64,000 nucleotides of DNA from Caldisericia bacterium (GCA_040767255.1 JAXGOZ010000010.1:155-64154); one strand, 5' to 3'; positions 49,484 through 61,640 are shown, counted from the first letter of the stretch. The notes: generated by a model not told the origin, from the letters alone. Numbers and translations: made by a program.

Positions 49484-51011
49484 ATGTTAGTAAAAATAAA
49501 GTTTCGCCCTTCGGCGACTGGATCCAGTTCCCATTGATGTAGAAGTTGATGTTACCCAACGAGGGTTGCCTTTTTCTATTGCAGGACTGCCCGATACGGC
49601 TGTTCAGGAAAGTCGAGAGCGGGTACGATCAGCTTTAAAAAACAATGGTTTTCAGTTTCCCATGCACCGCATCACAGTGAATTTAGCGCCTGCTGATATT
49701 CGAAAAGAGGGTGCATGTTTTGATCTCCCTATAGCTATTGGTTTGTTAATTGCTTCCAACCAGATTCCAGAAATCCCACCTGATTCTTGTTTTATTGGGG
49801 AATTGTCTTTAGATGGCTCTTTGCGTGAAGTCAATGGAATTTTATCCATGAATTGCTATTTACACGATTTAAATCAAAATTCTTCGCAACCTTCTACTCC
49901 TCTTTTTTGTTTTCCTACGCCCAATATTGGTGAAATTGTGTACTCTGATATATCGCTTCTTCCTTGCCCTTCTTTACAGTTTGTAATTGAAGCCATTCAG
50001 TCTCAAACTAGCTCTGTGCCAATACCCGCTGTGCACTTTGCTCCTTCATCTGATCATTCGGACGATATGAAGGAGATTATCGGGCAGAGTTTTGCAAAAC
50101 GAGCCATGGAAGTTGCAGCTAGTGGAATGCATAATTTGTTGTTTGTTGGTCCTCCTGGTACTGGGAAAACAATGTTGGCTAGAAGAATACCAACCATACT
50201 ACCACTACTAACCTTCGATGAATCTGTTGAAGTGTCCAAAATATATAGTTCTACTGGTTTGTTGTCGAAAAAGGGAGGATTGATTCAAAAACGTCCTTTT
50301 CGATCACCTCATCATTCATCGTCTCTATCCTCAATGACCGGTGGAGGTTCGAAGCCTAAACCAGGAGAAATATCTTATGCACACCGAGGAGTCCTGTTCC
50401 TAGACGAGTTTCCAGAATTCCAAAGGAATGTAATCCATGCACTTAGACAACCCCTAGAAGATGGGTTTATTACCATTTCACGGGTTCACAGTAGTGTACA
50501 GTGGCCCTCTCGGTGCATGTTGGTAGCCGCCATGAATCCTTGCCCGTGTGGATACTATGGCGATTCGCAAAAAAACTGTATTTGCACTCCTTCCCAAATT
50601 CATAAGTACCAGGCCAAAATTAGAGGACCAATCTTAGACCGCATTGATATTGTAAGTGAGGTTTTGCGTGTAGATTCAAAAAAGCTACTCAAAATGGAAT
50701 TTGCAGAATCTTCTTCCGATATTCGAGAGCGTGTTGAAAAAGTTCATGAAATCCAGAAGGAACGCTATAAAGATGAACCATTTCATTATAATTCAGAAAT
50801 GTCTTCTCGTTCCCTTCGCAAACACTGCATACTAGACTCTGAAACTGAGACTTTTTTTGCTGAAGTAAGTGGAAAGCTTTCATTGTCTGGAAGAGGGCAC
50901 ATGAAAATGTTGAAAGTTGCACGCACAATAGCAGATATGAGAGAATCCCCTTCGATTCAAATGGAAGACTTATGCGAAGCTTTGCAGTATCGATTGCGAA
51001 GTGATATATAA
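49484..51011 (+). pseudogene. comM: YifB/ComM-family Mg-chelatase-like AAA+ protein, one 5' frameshift near 49498
   Basis: ATG at 49484 (MLVKIK) is in one frame. SFALRRLDPVPIDVEVDVTQRGLPFSIAGLPD and the rest (GPPGTGKTM, VLFLDEFPEF) are in the ORF 49566..51011 frame. Confidence 0.8.
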
Positions 51012-51045
51012 AAAAAACCAGGTTTGCGATGCAAACCTGGTTTTT
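51011..51045. terminator. bidirectional rho-independent terminator
   Basis: A7-CCAGGTTTGC-GAT-GCAAACCTGG-T5, between convergent comM and the serA-like gene. Confidence 0.8.
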
Positions 51046-51066
51046 AACAAATGAGATGATTTCTAC

Positions 51067-51975
51067 TTATTGAAAGAAATCATGAATAACGGATGCTACT
51101 TCTGTAGCAACACGGATTTGACCTTCTTTTGTTTGAGCACCAATATGAGGGGTTAGAATAACATTTTCAATTGCAAACAATGGGCTTTCTTTGGCAGGTT
51201 CTTTTTCGTAGACATCAATTCCAGCAAATGAAATCTTGCCAGACTGTAATGCTTCAACAAGATCTTTTTCAACGATGATACCCCCTCGAGCACAGTTAAT
51301 GATTGCTGCTCCATTTTTCATTTGACCAATGAAAGAGGCATCAATAAGGTTGCAGGTAGAATCAGTTTTGGGACAGTTTACACTAATAATATCGGATTCA
51401 GTTTTTATCACATCCATGGTGGTCATGGTAACGCCATCGATAGAACAAGTGGAAACTAACGGATCATAGGCAAGAACTTTCATGCCAAGAGCTACCGCTC
51501 TTTTTGCTGTTTCTTTACCAATGTTGCCCAGACCAATAATACCCAAGGTTTTTCCATATAATTCTAAGCCTTTGAATCGTTTCTTTTCCCACAAACCTTT
51601 TTTTGTGGAAACAGTAGCATCAGCTAAACCTCTCATCCCTGCAAGTGCCATTCCGATCACTAATTCAGCAACAGAAATGGAGGAAGCAAGAGGTGTGTTT
51701 TTCACAGTGATGTTTTTTTCTTTTGCAGTAACTTTATCAATGTTGTCAGTACCAACCCCACCTCGGACAATCAATTCTAGATTGCCTGGTTGATCCAAAG
51801 TATCTTTGGTAATCTTTGTTCTGGATCTGACAACAACAGCGTTGTATTCACCAATCTCATTTTTGAGATCTTCTGGTGTAATATCTGTCTTTTCAATTAC
51901 TTCAAAAGTTCCAAACGATTTTAAAGCTTCAACGCCTTCTTTGGCAACAGGATCAGCAATGAGAATTCGCTTCAT
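51067..51975 (-). CDS. D-isomer-specific 2-hydroxyacid dehydrogenase (short SerA-type 3-phosphoglycerate dehydrogenase, no ACT domain)
   Basis: GIIGLGNIGKETAKRA NAD motif and catalytic-region blocks NCARGGII and TPHIGAQT. The ATG at 51975 follows an AAAGGAG RBS. Confidence 0.8.
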   Translation of the reverse strand: MKRILIADPVAKEGVEALKSFGTFEVIEKTDITPEDLKNEIGEYNAVVVRSRTKITKDTLDQPGNLELIVRGGVGTDNIDKVTAKEKNITVKNTPLASSISVAELVIGMALAGMRGLADATVSTKKGLWEKKRFKGLELYGKTLGIIGLGNIGKETAKRAVALGMKVLAYDPLVSTCSIDGVTMTTMDVIKTESDIISVNCPKTDSTCNLIDASFIGQMKNGAAIINCARGGIIVEKDLVEALQSGKISFAGIDVYEKEPAKESPLFAIENVILTPHIGAQTKEGQIRVATEVASVIHDFFQ

Positions 51976-51986
51976 GGTTTTCTCCT

Positions 51987-53129
51987 TTATTTGGACAATG
52001 AACAAATAGCAGCAGAAATGCCTTTGCCTTTTTCGAAGGAGTAACCAAGTTCTGCCAATGTTCTTTCAATGGTTGCAAGGCCTAAAATGACGTCGTTAGG
52101 ACCAACATTACCCATGGCAGAAATCCGGAAAATTTTTCCTTTTAAATCTCCTTGACCGCCAGCAAAGGTGACTTGATACTTATCGCGTGCCAACTTAACA
52201 ATTTTCCCACCATCTACTCCATCGGGTACATTGACAGCAATACAGCAATCTCCGGTGTCTTCGTTGTAAAGAGTTAAGCCCAATGCTTTCACTCCTTCTC
52301 GGATAGCTTCTGAAAGTTTGTGATGTCGAGCGAAGATATTCTCAATACCTTCTTCTTTCATCATTCTGAGTGCAATGTTTAATTGTACAATAATGCTGAT
52401 GGCAGGTGTCCATGGCGTAGTATTTTTGGCATGGTTCTTATAGGCTTTTTCAGGTCAAAGTAGTATTTGGGAAGAAGTGGAGCTTTCCATTGCCTTTGAG
52501 CTCTTTCGTTCATGGTAATAAAGCCCCTAGAGCGGGGGTAACACCGATGCTTTTTGAGAACCAGATACTACTGCGTCAACTCCCCATTTGTCTGTGTATA
52601 ACGGTGTAACACCCAAACCAGAAACAGCATCTACAACTAAAGTGCTGGAGAAGTGCGTGTGATTTTGGCAATACTTTTCAATATCGGTAACTCCACCGCT
52701 TGACGTTTCAGATAAAGTCGTGAAAACAGCTTTGGCATCAGGGTTTTCTTTGAGTGCTTTTTCAATTTCTTCTGGCTTTACTTGTTCGATGCCTGGAATA
52801 CTAACAAGGCATTTCAACTAAATCTAAATGGAACGCTTTACACAGTTCAATCCAGCGTTCACCAAATTTTCCACCATTAACGGCAATAACTTTGTCCTGG
52901 GAGAACAAAGGTTGATGACAGAAGCCTCTAAAGCACCTGTTCCCGATGATGTCAACATAATCACCGGATTTTCAGTTTGAAAGATGTACTTCAGATTTTC
53001 AACGGCTTCTTCGAAGATTGCTTCAAATTGAGGTGTACGATTGAGGTACATGATCGGTAATGATGCAGATGCTAACACTTCTTCAGGAACCTGCGTTGGT
53101 CCTGGAGTTAAAAGAACTGGTTTACGCAT
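51987..53129 (-). pseudogene. class-V aminotransferase (serine-pyruvate / phosphoserine aminotransferase-like), split into at least 3 frames
   Basis: LLTPGPTQVP...SSGTGALEA (ORF 52824..53129), DAVSGLG...VVSGSQK (52527..52817), C-terminal domain (51987..52364). Confidence 0.75.
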
Positions 53130-53173
53130 TTAAATCCTCCTGACGTTTTTAATTGAAGCATACTGAAAAAACG

Positions 53174-53207
53174 AAAAAAAGCTGCCATTTCTAGCAGCTT
53201 TTTTTTA
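53174..53207. terminator. hairpin terminator downstream of the gdhA remnant
   Basis: AGCTGC-N8-GCAGCT, flanked by A7 and T8 runs. Confidence 0.6.
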
Positions 53208-53231
53208 TATAGAACGAGAATAAAGCTAGAA

Positions 53232-54566
<1,335 letters not shown>

Positions 54567-54719
54567 AAATCCTCCATACAGATTAATTTGAAAAACGCAC
54601 ATCTACGGCTCTCTATATATCCCTTTTAAAAACATATAAAGAGTATTTTTCAGTGTAAAAAGGGCTTGCAGAAATGTCAATAAATTTTGATGAATTTATT
54701 CGATGAAATTCAAAAAAAC

Positions 54720-57023
54720 TTACGGTTCAAAAAAACCAATAGCAACTGATTTTTCTTCATCCATCAGTATTGTTAAGGTAGAATCAGGGATTTCATGTGA
54801 AACCTGAATCACACGAATCACATTTTCATATTTCTCAGCATCAGGCAAAATTTTCTTTAACAGATTTGGTTTCTCGAAGAATTCTTCATGAAAAACCGTT
54901 TCTTCTTGCCCTATATAGATGGGCAAGTATTGAATCTGAGCTTCAACCAAGTCTTGGAAGAAATGTGTGCCAAAAGAAAGTTCTGGTACATAATTTTGTC
55001 GGACTTTTGCAATCTCAACAAGCAAGGAGGTGTTGTTGATATCACTGTATCCCACCGAGACACCAAGTTTGATATCTCCCCTACTACCCCACCTACCCGG
55101 ACCAATCAACACGAATTTTCTTCTTGGGAGTGCTTGATTTAATTTTCCTACAATGTGTCCAATTTCAACCAAATCCTGATAGGTAGGTAGTTTACTGTAT
55201 TCTTCGGGCTGAATATACACAATGTATTCAATACCGTAAATTTCACCTGAAGAAATTGTTTGGTGGTTTGAAAACAGAATTCGATCATCCGGAATATTTT
55301 TCGGGATAGAAATCTCCTGGGAGTATTTTATATAGCTTTGTGGGCGGCATTGCAACAGATACAACTTATGGATATCTCCATCACAAGCGAATTCGATATC
55401 AACAGGGATTTGAAGTTGTTCTTGCAGAATCGATAGAATATCCCGGATTTGATGAATAAAAGGTCCATCCTTGAATAGTCGATCAAAGGTGAGAATAGGT
55501 GTGTCTTCGTGGATATTGAACATATTTCCCGTAGGGGTAAACAAACTGCCATCCCGATAGAGCGATATGATTTGATTGATGGAAGGGTAATTATAACCAA
55601 TTTCACGAACTAGTTTTTCAAAAGAAATGGTTTCAAACTGACCGGTTAACAAATTTATAACATCAATGTTTCTTTGTGAATACCGGAGTTTGTCGTTCAT
55701 ATCTACATTCACTCGTAGATTCGGTTGTCCAGGGCTTATCAGAGCAGGGTAGTCGTTATCGACTCGATCTACAGCCCGAGTTCCTAAACCAGCTACCACC
55801 CGAGCAATTCCATCTTCTCTTTTGATACGAGGAGACCACCGAAACTCATTTTGACTGAAAGCAACTCCCGCAAAAGCAGGAAAAAAATATTTACCATTTT
55901 TTCTACCCACTACCTCTTGGATCAATACAGCCATTTCTTCGTTGAAATCCAAAAGCCCCTTTTCTCTTCGATATTCAATAGGATCCGGACCAAAGACGCT
56001 AGCATACACTTCCAATATTGCATCAATTAGAGATTCAAGACGTTCTTTTTTTGACCCTTGGTTGGCTACAAAAAGGCTTTTGTATTTTCCTGCAAACGAA
56101 GCATTTGAACTATCCTCAAGAAGACTTGAAGAGCGCACAATGAGTGGGTTATCTCCAAAATCGTCCAATGCAAAATTTAGGCTTGCCACGATTTCAGGGG
56201 GGATTGCTGAATTTTTAAAAATTTGTTCCAAATATGGATACTCTTGTTTTATTTCTATTGGTCTTCTGTATTTTATGTTAGGAGCTTCTTCAAGGGCATT
56301 AAAATGAAGGAATTCAATAATTCCATCCGAGGTTAAATACCAGGTTTTTGGAATGGATAAATTACGGATGGAAACGTAATCTTTCTTTGCCTCGCGAAGA
56401 ATGTTACGAGCGCGTAAAAAACCAGCAGCTTTTCCACCTAATTTACCATTCCCCCGCCTTGGACCAATTGTATGGGAGAGGATATCAATGAAATCGGATA
56501 CATAAAAAAAATCTTTTGATGTATTGATGAAATGTAGATCTTCACTTAAAAAACGACGGATAAAGGCAACCCGAATACCAATATTTTCTTCTTTTGATAG
56601 AAATGATACCGAGTCTTTGATGCTGGCAAATTTAAACAGGGCATTAGTAATATCTGCCAAGGGAACATCTCTTTTTTCTGCAGTCATGGTTAAAAATCTG
56701 GCTTTTTCATGTTTTAACCAAAGTTTTATCATTTGCGTGATGCGCTCGGAAGAAAGCTCTTCTTCTGCGATTTGAAATACTTTTTCAATCATTTGCTGCA
56801 ATAGGTCTGGCTCAATTCGATGAATGGGGACATTGTCGTTTTTCACCTTGTTTTCAGCAAATGAATTTGAGTTGGCTTCTAATTGTTTCATTAGCTCTTC
56901 AATGCGCTTAATATGACATTTGTACAAATAGTGCATCATTTTTCGACCCAATCTATTGATTAAGACTGGATCAGTGTATTTCAATAGCTCAATAATAATT
57001 TTCCATTCTTGTTTTTCATCCAT
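54720..57023 (-). CDS. large PEP/pyruvate-binding (PPDK_N ATP-grasp) domain protein with uncharacterised N- and C-terminal modules
   Basis: GGKAAGFL, LIVRSSSLLEDSSNASFAGKYKS, MAVLIQEVVG, VDIEFA...LLQCRPQ; C-terminal GPGRWGS...FGTHFFQD. The ATG at 57023 follows AAGGAG and overlaps the upstream stop by 8 nt. Confidence 0.8.
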   Translation of the reverse strand: MDEKQEWKIIIELLKYTDPVLINRLGRKMMHYLYKCHIKRIEELMKQLEANSNSFAENKVKNDNVPIHRIEPDLLQQMIEKVFQIAEEELSSERITQMIKLWLKHEKARFLTMTAEKRDVPLADITNALFKFASIKDSVSFLSKEENIGIRVAFIRRFLSEDLHFINTSKDFFYVSDFIDILSHTIGPRRGNGKLGGKAAGFLRARNILREAKKDYVSIRNLSIPKTWYLTSDGIIEFLHFNALEEAPNIKYRRPIEIKQEYPYLEQIFKNSAIPPEIVASLNFALDDFGDNPLIVRSSSLLEDSSNASFAGKYKSLFVANQGSKKERLESLIDAILEVYASVFGPDPIEYRREKGLLDFNEEMAVLIQEVVGRKNGKYFFPAFAGVAFSQNEFRWSPRIKREDGIARVVAGLGTRAVDRVDNDYPALISPGQPNLRVNVDMNDKLRYSQRNIDVINLLTGQFETISFEKLVREIGYNYPSINQIISLYRDGSLFTPTGNMFNIHEDTPILTFDRLFKDGPFIHQIRDILSILQEQLQIPVDIEFACDGDIHKLYLLQCRPQSYIKYSQEISIPKNIPDDRILFSNHQTISSGEIYGIEYIVYIQPEEYSKLPTYQDLVEIGHIVGKLNQALPRRKFVLIGPGRWGSRGDIKLGVSVGYSDINNTSLLVEIAKVRQNYVPELSFGTHFFQDLVEAQIQYLPIYIGQEETVFHEEFFEKPNLLKKILPDAEKYENVIRVIQVSHEIPDSTLTILMDEEKSVAIGFFEP

Positions 57024-59952
57024 GATTTTCTCCTTCTTGCATTGGTTTTGTAAGAACACCAAGGCTTTGCTTGCCGTCCACTTTAACATCAAATGTAGAA
57101 ACGGTTTGATACACCGTTACAAACTTTGTTTTCATGATAGGGAGTTGTGAATTGATCCATTCCCAATCTATAAACTGGTTAGGTTTGTTTTGCCGGATAG
57201 TAAAATACCCAATATGCAATGAAGTAATGTTTTGGAAGAAATGAGAACCTTGAGAGGGATCAATGTGCATACCGGGAAGATCATACTCTACAAATGTTTT
57301 GATTTTAGAAATATGATGCCACTGTACAGGGATGCCTAGCCATGGGTCGGACGAACCCCATCTTCCTGGTCCCATCAAAACATATTGTTGGTGATTGTCT
57401 GTAAAATATTTGTTCACTTCATCGATTTCTTGCACAATAGTTCTTGTTTGCGATAGGTCAAATGTAAGAGGATTTACCACCACTATGTGTGACAAGGATC
57501 CAATATGACCATTTCCAAGAGCGTTGTTTGTATAACAGAAAGCCTTGTCTGGATTGATTTCTGAGGATTTAATCGTACATGAATTTTCATATTTCATCAT
57601 TGGGCGTACCTGTAAGAAACCAAACCGTATTGAATCCCACGAGGGTGGTATCTGTAGAGCACATTCGATTTCAACTGGGGTAGCCATTGCATCCTCACAA
57701 ATTTGTAGAAGATTTTGTATACAAGCTTGAAAAGGTTTCTCCATGCTTTTTAGTAAACGATGAAATGTGATAATTTTCGGTCCTGCCCTATGAATTGTAT
57801 CATATATTCGATCTTCACCTGCAGCATACGACGATGCAATACCATCCAAAGAGCCATCTTGCAATCCTACGTGAATTGGATGTAGATCCATAAACTCGTC
57901 TTCTTCAATGGTAAAAGAACGCGTATAGGGATTCATATTGATCGCCCAGAATTTTTTCTGAGTAGTTTGTAGTGCGGATTCGGTGTTGGATAACTGAGGG
58001 ATTTTTTTCGGATAAGCAGGTGAGAATTGAAGGGATGTTTCTCCATCCACAATGGATTTTCCTAAACCCATTGCAAGCTGCATGAAACCGTCTTCTGGTC
58101 TAGCTTGATCGAAAGGGTAATAATTGTAGGATCGAATTACTCCAGATGCTTCGGGGTAAAAACCAGATTTTTTTCTTGATCCAACAACTTTTTGAATAAT
58201 GACTGCCATTTTTTCGTCTTCTGGTATATGACTGGTGGATTCCATATAGGTACGGGCTTGTTTTGAAAATACTGAAGCATAGACGAGTTTGATGGCATTG
58301 CATAATTGGTTGAAACGTAAATCAAAGGAAGATTCATTATTCGGAATCATTTTTGTTGAGTAAATGCCTGCAAAAGGATGATACAACGAATCTTCAAGTA
58401 GGCTAGAAGATCGAATCACCAAAGGGACAGTAAACTGTTTTGCAATGTTTCTAAGATCTCCAATAATAGTAGCTGGAATATCTGACTGAAGAAATATTCT
58501 AGCAATTTGGCGATCCGAAAGATCAGACTTGAACATGTGTTCTAAATGATTCAGTCGAATAAAGTCATCAAAAACATCTGTTCCGATAATGATGGATTGG
58601 GGTATAAACAACTGGAAATGGGGACTATTTTGTATAGATTTTTCTTCGGTGAGAAGTCGATTAAAAAAGGACAAACCTCTTGCTTTTCCCCCTATCGAGC
58701 CTTCTCCAATTTTTCCAATCGTCCATTCTTCCAACGGAAATCTTCTTGAATACGGTACAATAGAACCTCTTGTTTCTTGATAAATCTCTTTTTGAATCGC
58801 GGTTTTCAATATTGAAATGACTTGTTCAAATGGAGAAGATTTCTTTTCAAGGTTTTTTGTAATTTCTGCAAGTGTGTATTCGCAATGAACAAGGAACCAT
58901 CTGGAAAGGTTGCCATTGCGTACTAGTCTCATAAAAGATTCTTCGTTCAACGAATCAATCACTTCTAAAAAAGTTTGTACCGAGGGTATTTTTGTTTTCA
59001 CTTTTCCGTTTGAGTCAATGAGTTGTAAATCTCCAAATCCAAAATAGGAAGTAAGAGTGTTTTTGATATCAGATAGGAGAGTTTTTGAGTTTTTATTAAT
59101 GCATATGACGGGATGCTCCTGAATTATGGGTGCTAAACAGACAGTGCTGGACTGTAGAACGATCGGAAGTGAAGGATCATATTCCCAGATTCTTTTTGCC
59201 AAGCTTAAACCACTAGTGTCAGATTGACCGTTTTCCATGGGATATTGCATATCTGTTATTACACCAATAATCTGTTGATGATATTGATTCAGAATCTGAA
59301 TTGCTTGTTCGTATGTCTTTGCATGGAGAACCTTGGTGCGGGTTTTTTGTTGAAATATTTTCCGACTATAGGAAGTGTTCTCCTGCACGAGTTTCTTTAC
59401 TTCGAGCCATAGAGTTTTGTACAGAATGTTTAAATACGAGGAGTAGTATTGAATGTTGTCCTCAACAAAAAGGATAATGGGGATAGGAATCAACTGAGAA
59501 TCGTGGAAGACATTTTGTTTGTCTTCTACAAGCTCCAAAATACTTGCAATAATTCTGCTTTCACCATTCCAAAGAAAAATATCTACAACAATATCTGGAT
59601 ATTTTTCTTCAAAATCGTCCAGTCCCATATGGTTGTACATTAGAAGTACGATAGGAAGAGATGGGTATTTATTTTGTACTTTTTGGATAAAAGCATGAAC
59701 GGATGTATCCATTTTGCGAACACATTGAATCAGTATATCGACTTTACATTGTTCCAACTTATCCAATGTCATATTTTCGTCATATGCTTTGATAAATTGT
59801 GGAGTATAACCCAATTCACGTTCTTTATACAGAGAAGCAATATGATCTTCCATAGATCCATCTTCTTCTAAAAGGTAAGCATCATAACGACTTGCCACTA
59901 ATAAAACATGTCGAACTTGATATGGATTAAGATCCTCGGTGTTAACTAGCAT
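57016..59952 (-). CDS. receiver-domain-fused PEP/pyruvate-binding (PPDK_N ATP-grasp) domain protein, paralogue of the downstream gene
   Basis: 978 aa. A degenerate REC-like domain, then a REC-like domain (ILFVEDN ... VITDMQYP ... IVLQSS), then GGKARGLSF, LVIRSSSLLEDSLYHPFAGIYST, MAVIIQKVVG, FLQVRPM. C-terminal GPGRWGS...QGSHFFQN. Confidence 0.8.
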   Translation of the reverse strand: MLVNTEDLNPYQVRHVLLVASRYDAYLLEEDGSMEDHIASLYKERELGYTPQFIKAYDENMTLDKLEQCKVDILIQCVRKMDTSVHAFIQKVQNKYPSLPIVLLMYNHMGLDDFEEKYPDIVVDIFLWNGESRIIASILELVEDKQNVFHDSQLIPIPIILFVEDNIQYYSSYLNILYKTLWLEVKKLVQENTSYSRKIFQQKTRTKVLHAKTYEQAIQILNQYHQQIIGVITDMQYPMENGQSDTSGLSLAKRIWEYDPSLPIVLQSSTVCLAPIIQEHPVICINKNSKTLLSDIKNTLTSYFGFGDLQLIDSNGKVKTKIPSVQTFLEVIDSLNEESFMRLVRNGNLSRWFLVHCEYTLAEITKNLEKKSSPFEQVISILKTAIQKEIYQETRGSIVPYSRRFPLEEWTIGKIGEGSIGGKARGLSFFNRLLTEEKSIQNSPHFQLFIPQSIIIGTDVFDDFIRLNHLEHMFKSDLSDRQIARIFLQSDIPATIIGDLRNIAKQFTVPLVIRSSSLLEDSLYHPFAGIYSTKMIPNNESSFDLRFNQLCNAIKLVYASVFSKQARTYMESTSHIPEDEKMAVIIQKVVGSRKKSGFYPEASGVIRSYNYYPFDQARPEDGFMQLAMGLGKSIVDGETSLQFSPAYPKKIPQLSNTESALQTTQKKFWAINMNPYTRSFTIEEDEFMDLHPIHVGLQDGSLDGIASSYAAGEDRIYDTIHRAGPKIITFHRLLKSMEKPFQACIQNLLQICEDAMATPVEIECALQIPPSWDSIRFGFLQVRPMMKYENSCTIKSSEINPDKAFCYTNNALGNGHIGSLSHIVVVNPLTFDLSQTRTIVQEIDEVNKYFTDNHQQYVLMGPGRWGSSDPWLGIPVQWHHISKIKTFVEYDLPGMHIDPSQGSHFFQNITSLHIGYFTIRQNKPNQFIDWEWINSQLPIMKTKFVTVYQTVSTFDVKVDGKQSLGVLTKPMQEGENHG

Positions 59953-60114
59953 TGTAGAGTAGAAAACCTTTGGTTTTTCGTTGAATACACATTGGCAACA
60001 TCCTTTTCAAAGTTACGATATATGAGAATACTGCCATTGTATCGAAAACAAAAAGATAAGAAAAGATTTTTTTAGAAAAAAGAAAAATCAGACGCGGTTT
60101 GTAACTAATTTGTC

Positions 60115-60143
60115 ATAAAAAAAAGGGAGGGGTATCCCCTCCC
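60115..60143 (-). terminator. rho-independent terminator of gdh
   Basis: GGGAGGGG-TAT-CCCCTCCC hairpin. On the minus strand it is followed by eight T. Confidence 0.8.
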
Positions 60144-60168
60144 TTTTAAAGCGTGAAATGAATAGGTT

Positions 60169-61455
60169 CTATACCCATCCACGAATTTTGCATGCATCAG
60201 CAACACGCTGAATAGCAATCATGTACGCTGCATCACGCATGTATACATTGCGCGATCTTGCTAAGGCAGATACTTTCAAGTATGCATCCGTCATTTTTGC
60301 ATCCAATTTAGAAAGAGCTTCTTCTTTGGACCAGAAATAGTTCATATTGCATTGTACTTGTTCAAAATAACTGCAAGTGACTCCACCAGCATTGGCAAGA
60401 AAATCTGGAATCATAAAGATGCCTTTTTCTTGAATAATAGCGTCGGCTTCTGGAGTTGTAGGTCCATTGGCTCCTTCTGCAATTACTTTTACTTTGTCGG
60501 AAATTTTAGTGACAGAATCTTTGGTGATTTGATTTTCTAAAGCTGCAGGGACGAGAATGTCTACATCCTGTTCAATCCAGGCATCTCCATCCATAACTTC
60601 GTAACCCAGTTGTCTGGCTTTGTCTTTGTCGATGCCGCCGAAACGATCAGTGATGGATATCAATTCGTCACAATTAATGCCAGATTTACGAACAAAGGTA
60701 TAAGATTTTTGATCATTTTGATCCCAGCAAGAAACACAAACTGCTTTTCCGCCATATTCTTGATACAAACGAACGGCATATTGAGCAACATTGCCGTAGC
60801 CTTGGAATGCTGCTGTGGTTTTTTGAATGTCAATACCAAGTTCACGAAGGGCTTCGCGAAGAGTATAGATTACTCCATAACCAGTTGCTTCAGTTCGGCC
60901 TAATGAGCCACCCATTCCCACGGGTTTTCCTGTGATCATTCCTGGGTATTTTCCATGATGGATAGTTTCATATTCATCCATCATCCATAACATGTGTTGA
61001 GAACTTGTCATTACGTCAGGTGCAGGTACATCTTGGACGGGACCAATATTGTATGCCAGTTGTCGAATCCAACCACGACAAATACCTTCTTGTTCACGTT
61101 CAGATAGTTGGTGAGGGTCACAAATGACACCTCCCTTACCACCACCAAGTGGAATATCAACTACAGCACATTTCCACGTCATCCAGGTGGCTAAAGCTCT
61201 AACAGTATCAATGGTTTCTTGTGGATGGAATCGGATCCCACCTTTTGCAGGTCCTCTAGCATCGTTGTGTTGCACACGGAAACCTCGGAAAACTTTAAAA
61301 GAACCATCATCCATACGGACAGGAATAGAAAAATGAAACTCGCGGAGAGGATTGCGAAGCAATTCTCTTGTGGCTTGATCCAAGTCTAGCTTTTCAGCAA
61401 CTCCATCAAACTGTTCCTGTGCCATTTGAAACGCATTAAATGATTTATCGGACAT
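60169..61455 (-). CDS. gdh: glutamate dehydrogenase (intact, ~428 aa Gdh/RocG-like type)
   Basis: PAKGGIRFHP, PLGGGKGG, GRTEATGYG, FQGYGNVA, EGANGPTTPEA blocks. Confidence 0.95.
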   Translation of the reverse strand: MSDKSFNAFQMAQEQFDGVAEKLDLDQATRELLRNPLREFHFSIPVRMDDGSFKVFRGFRVQHNDARGPAKGGIRFHPQETIDTVRALATWMTWKCAVVDIPLGGGKGGVICDPHQLSEREQEGICRGWIRQLAYNIGPVQDVPAPDVMTSSQHMLWMMDEYETIHHGKYPGMITGKPVGMGGSLGRTEATGYGVIYTLREALRELGIDIQKTTAAFQGYGNVAQYAVRLYQEYGGKAVCVSCWDQNDQKSYTFVRKSGINCDELISITDRFGGIDKDKARQLGYEVMDGDAWIEQDVDILVPAALENQITKDSVTKISDKVKVIAEGANGPTTPEADAIIQEKGIFMIPDFLANAGGVTCSYFEQVQCNMNYFWSKEEALSKLDAKMTDAYLKVSALARSRNVYMRDAAYMIAIQRVADACKIRGWV

Positions 61456-61501
61456 GTAACTGATCCTCCTAAAAACTTAATAGTAAACCGAAATCACGAT
61501 C

Positions 61502-61529
61502 ATTCTATTGAAATAAGAGTGCTTGTCAA
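61502..61529 (-). promoter_or_regulatory. promoter-like element for gdh, TTGACA-16 nt-TAGAAT
   Basis: On the minus strand, TTGACA is at 61529-61524 and TAGAAT at 61507-61502, about 45 nt upstream of the gdh ATG. Confidence 0.5.
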
Positions 61530-61574
61530 AATAAAAAAAATGAGGTGAAATTGAATAAAAATGGAAAGAATTTG

Positions 61575-61602
61575 TTTACACAATCATTCATTACTCTATA
61601 CT
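61575..61602 (+). promoter_or_regulatory. promoter-like element, TTTACA-16 nt-TATACT
   Basis: Lies upstream of a mini-ORF and the NuoE/NuoF-like genes. Confidence 0.45.
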
Positions 61603-61640
61603 TTCTACTATAGAAATGTGCAATAATTTGTAGGAGGAAT

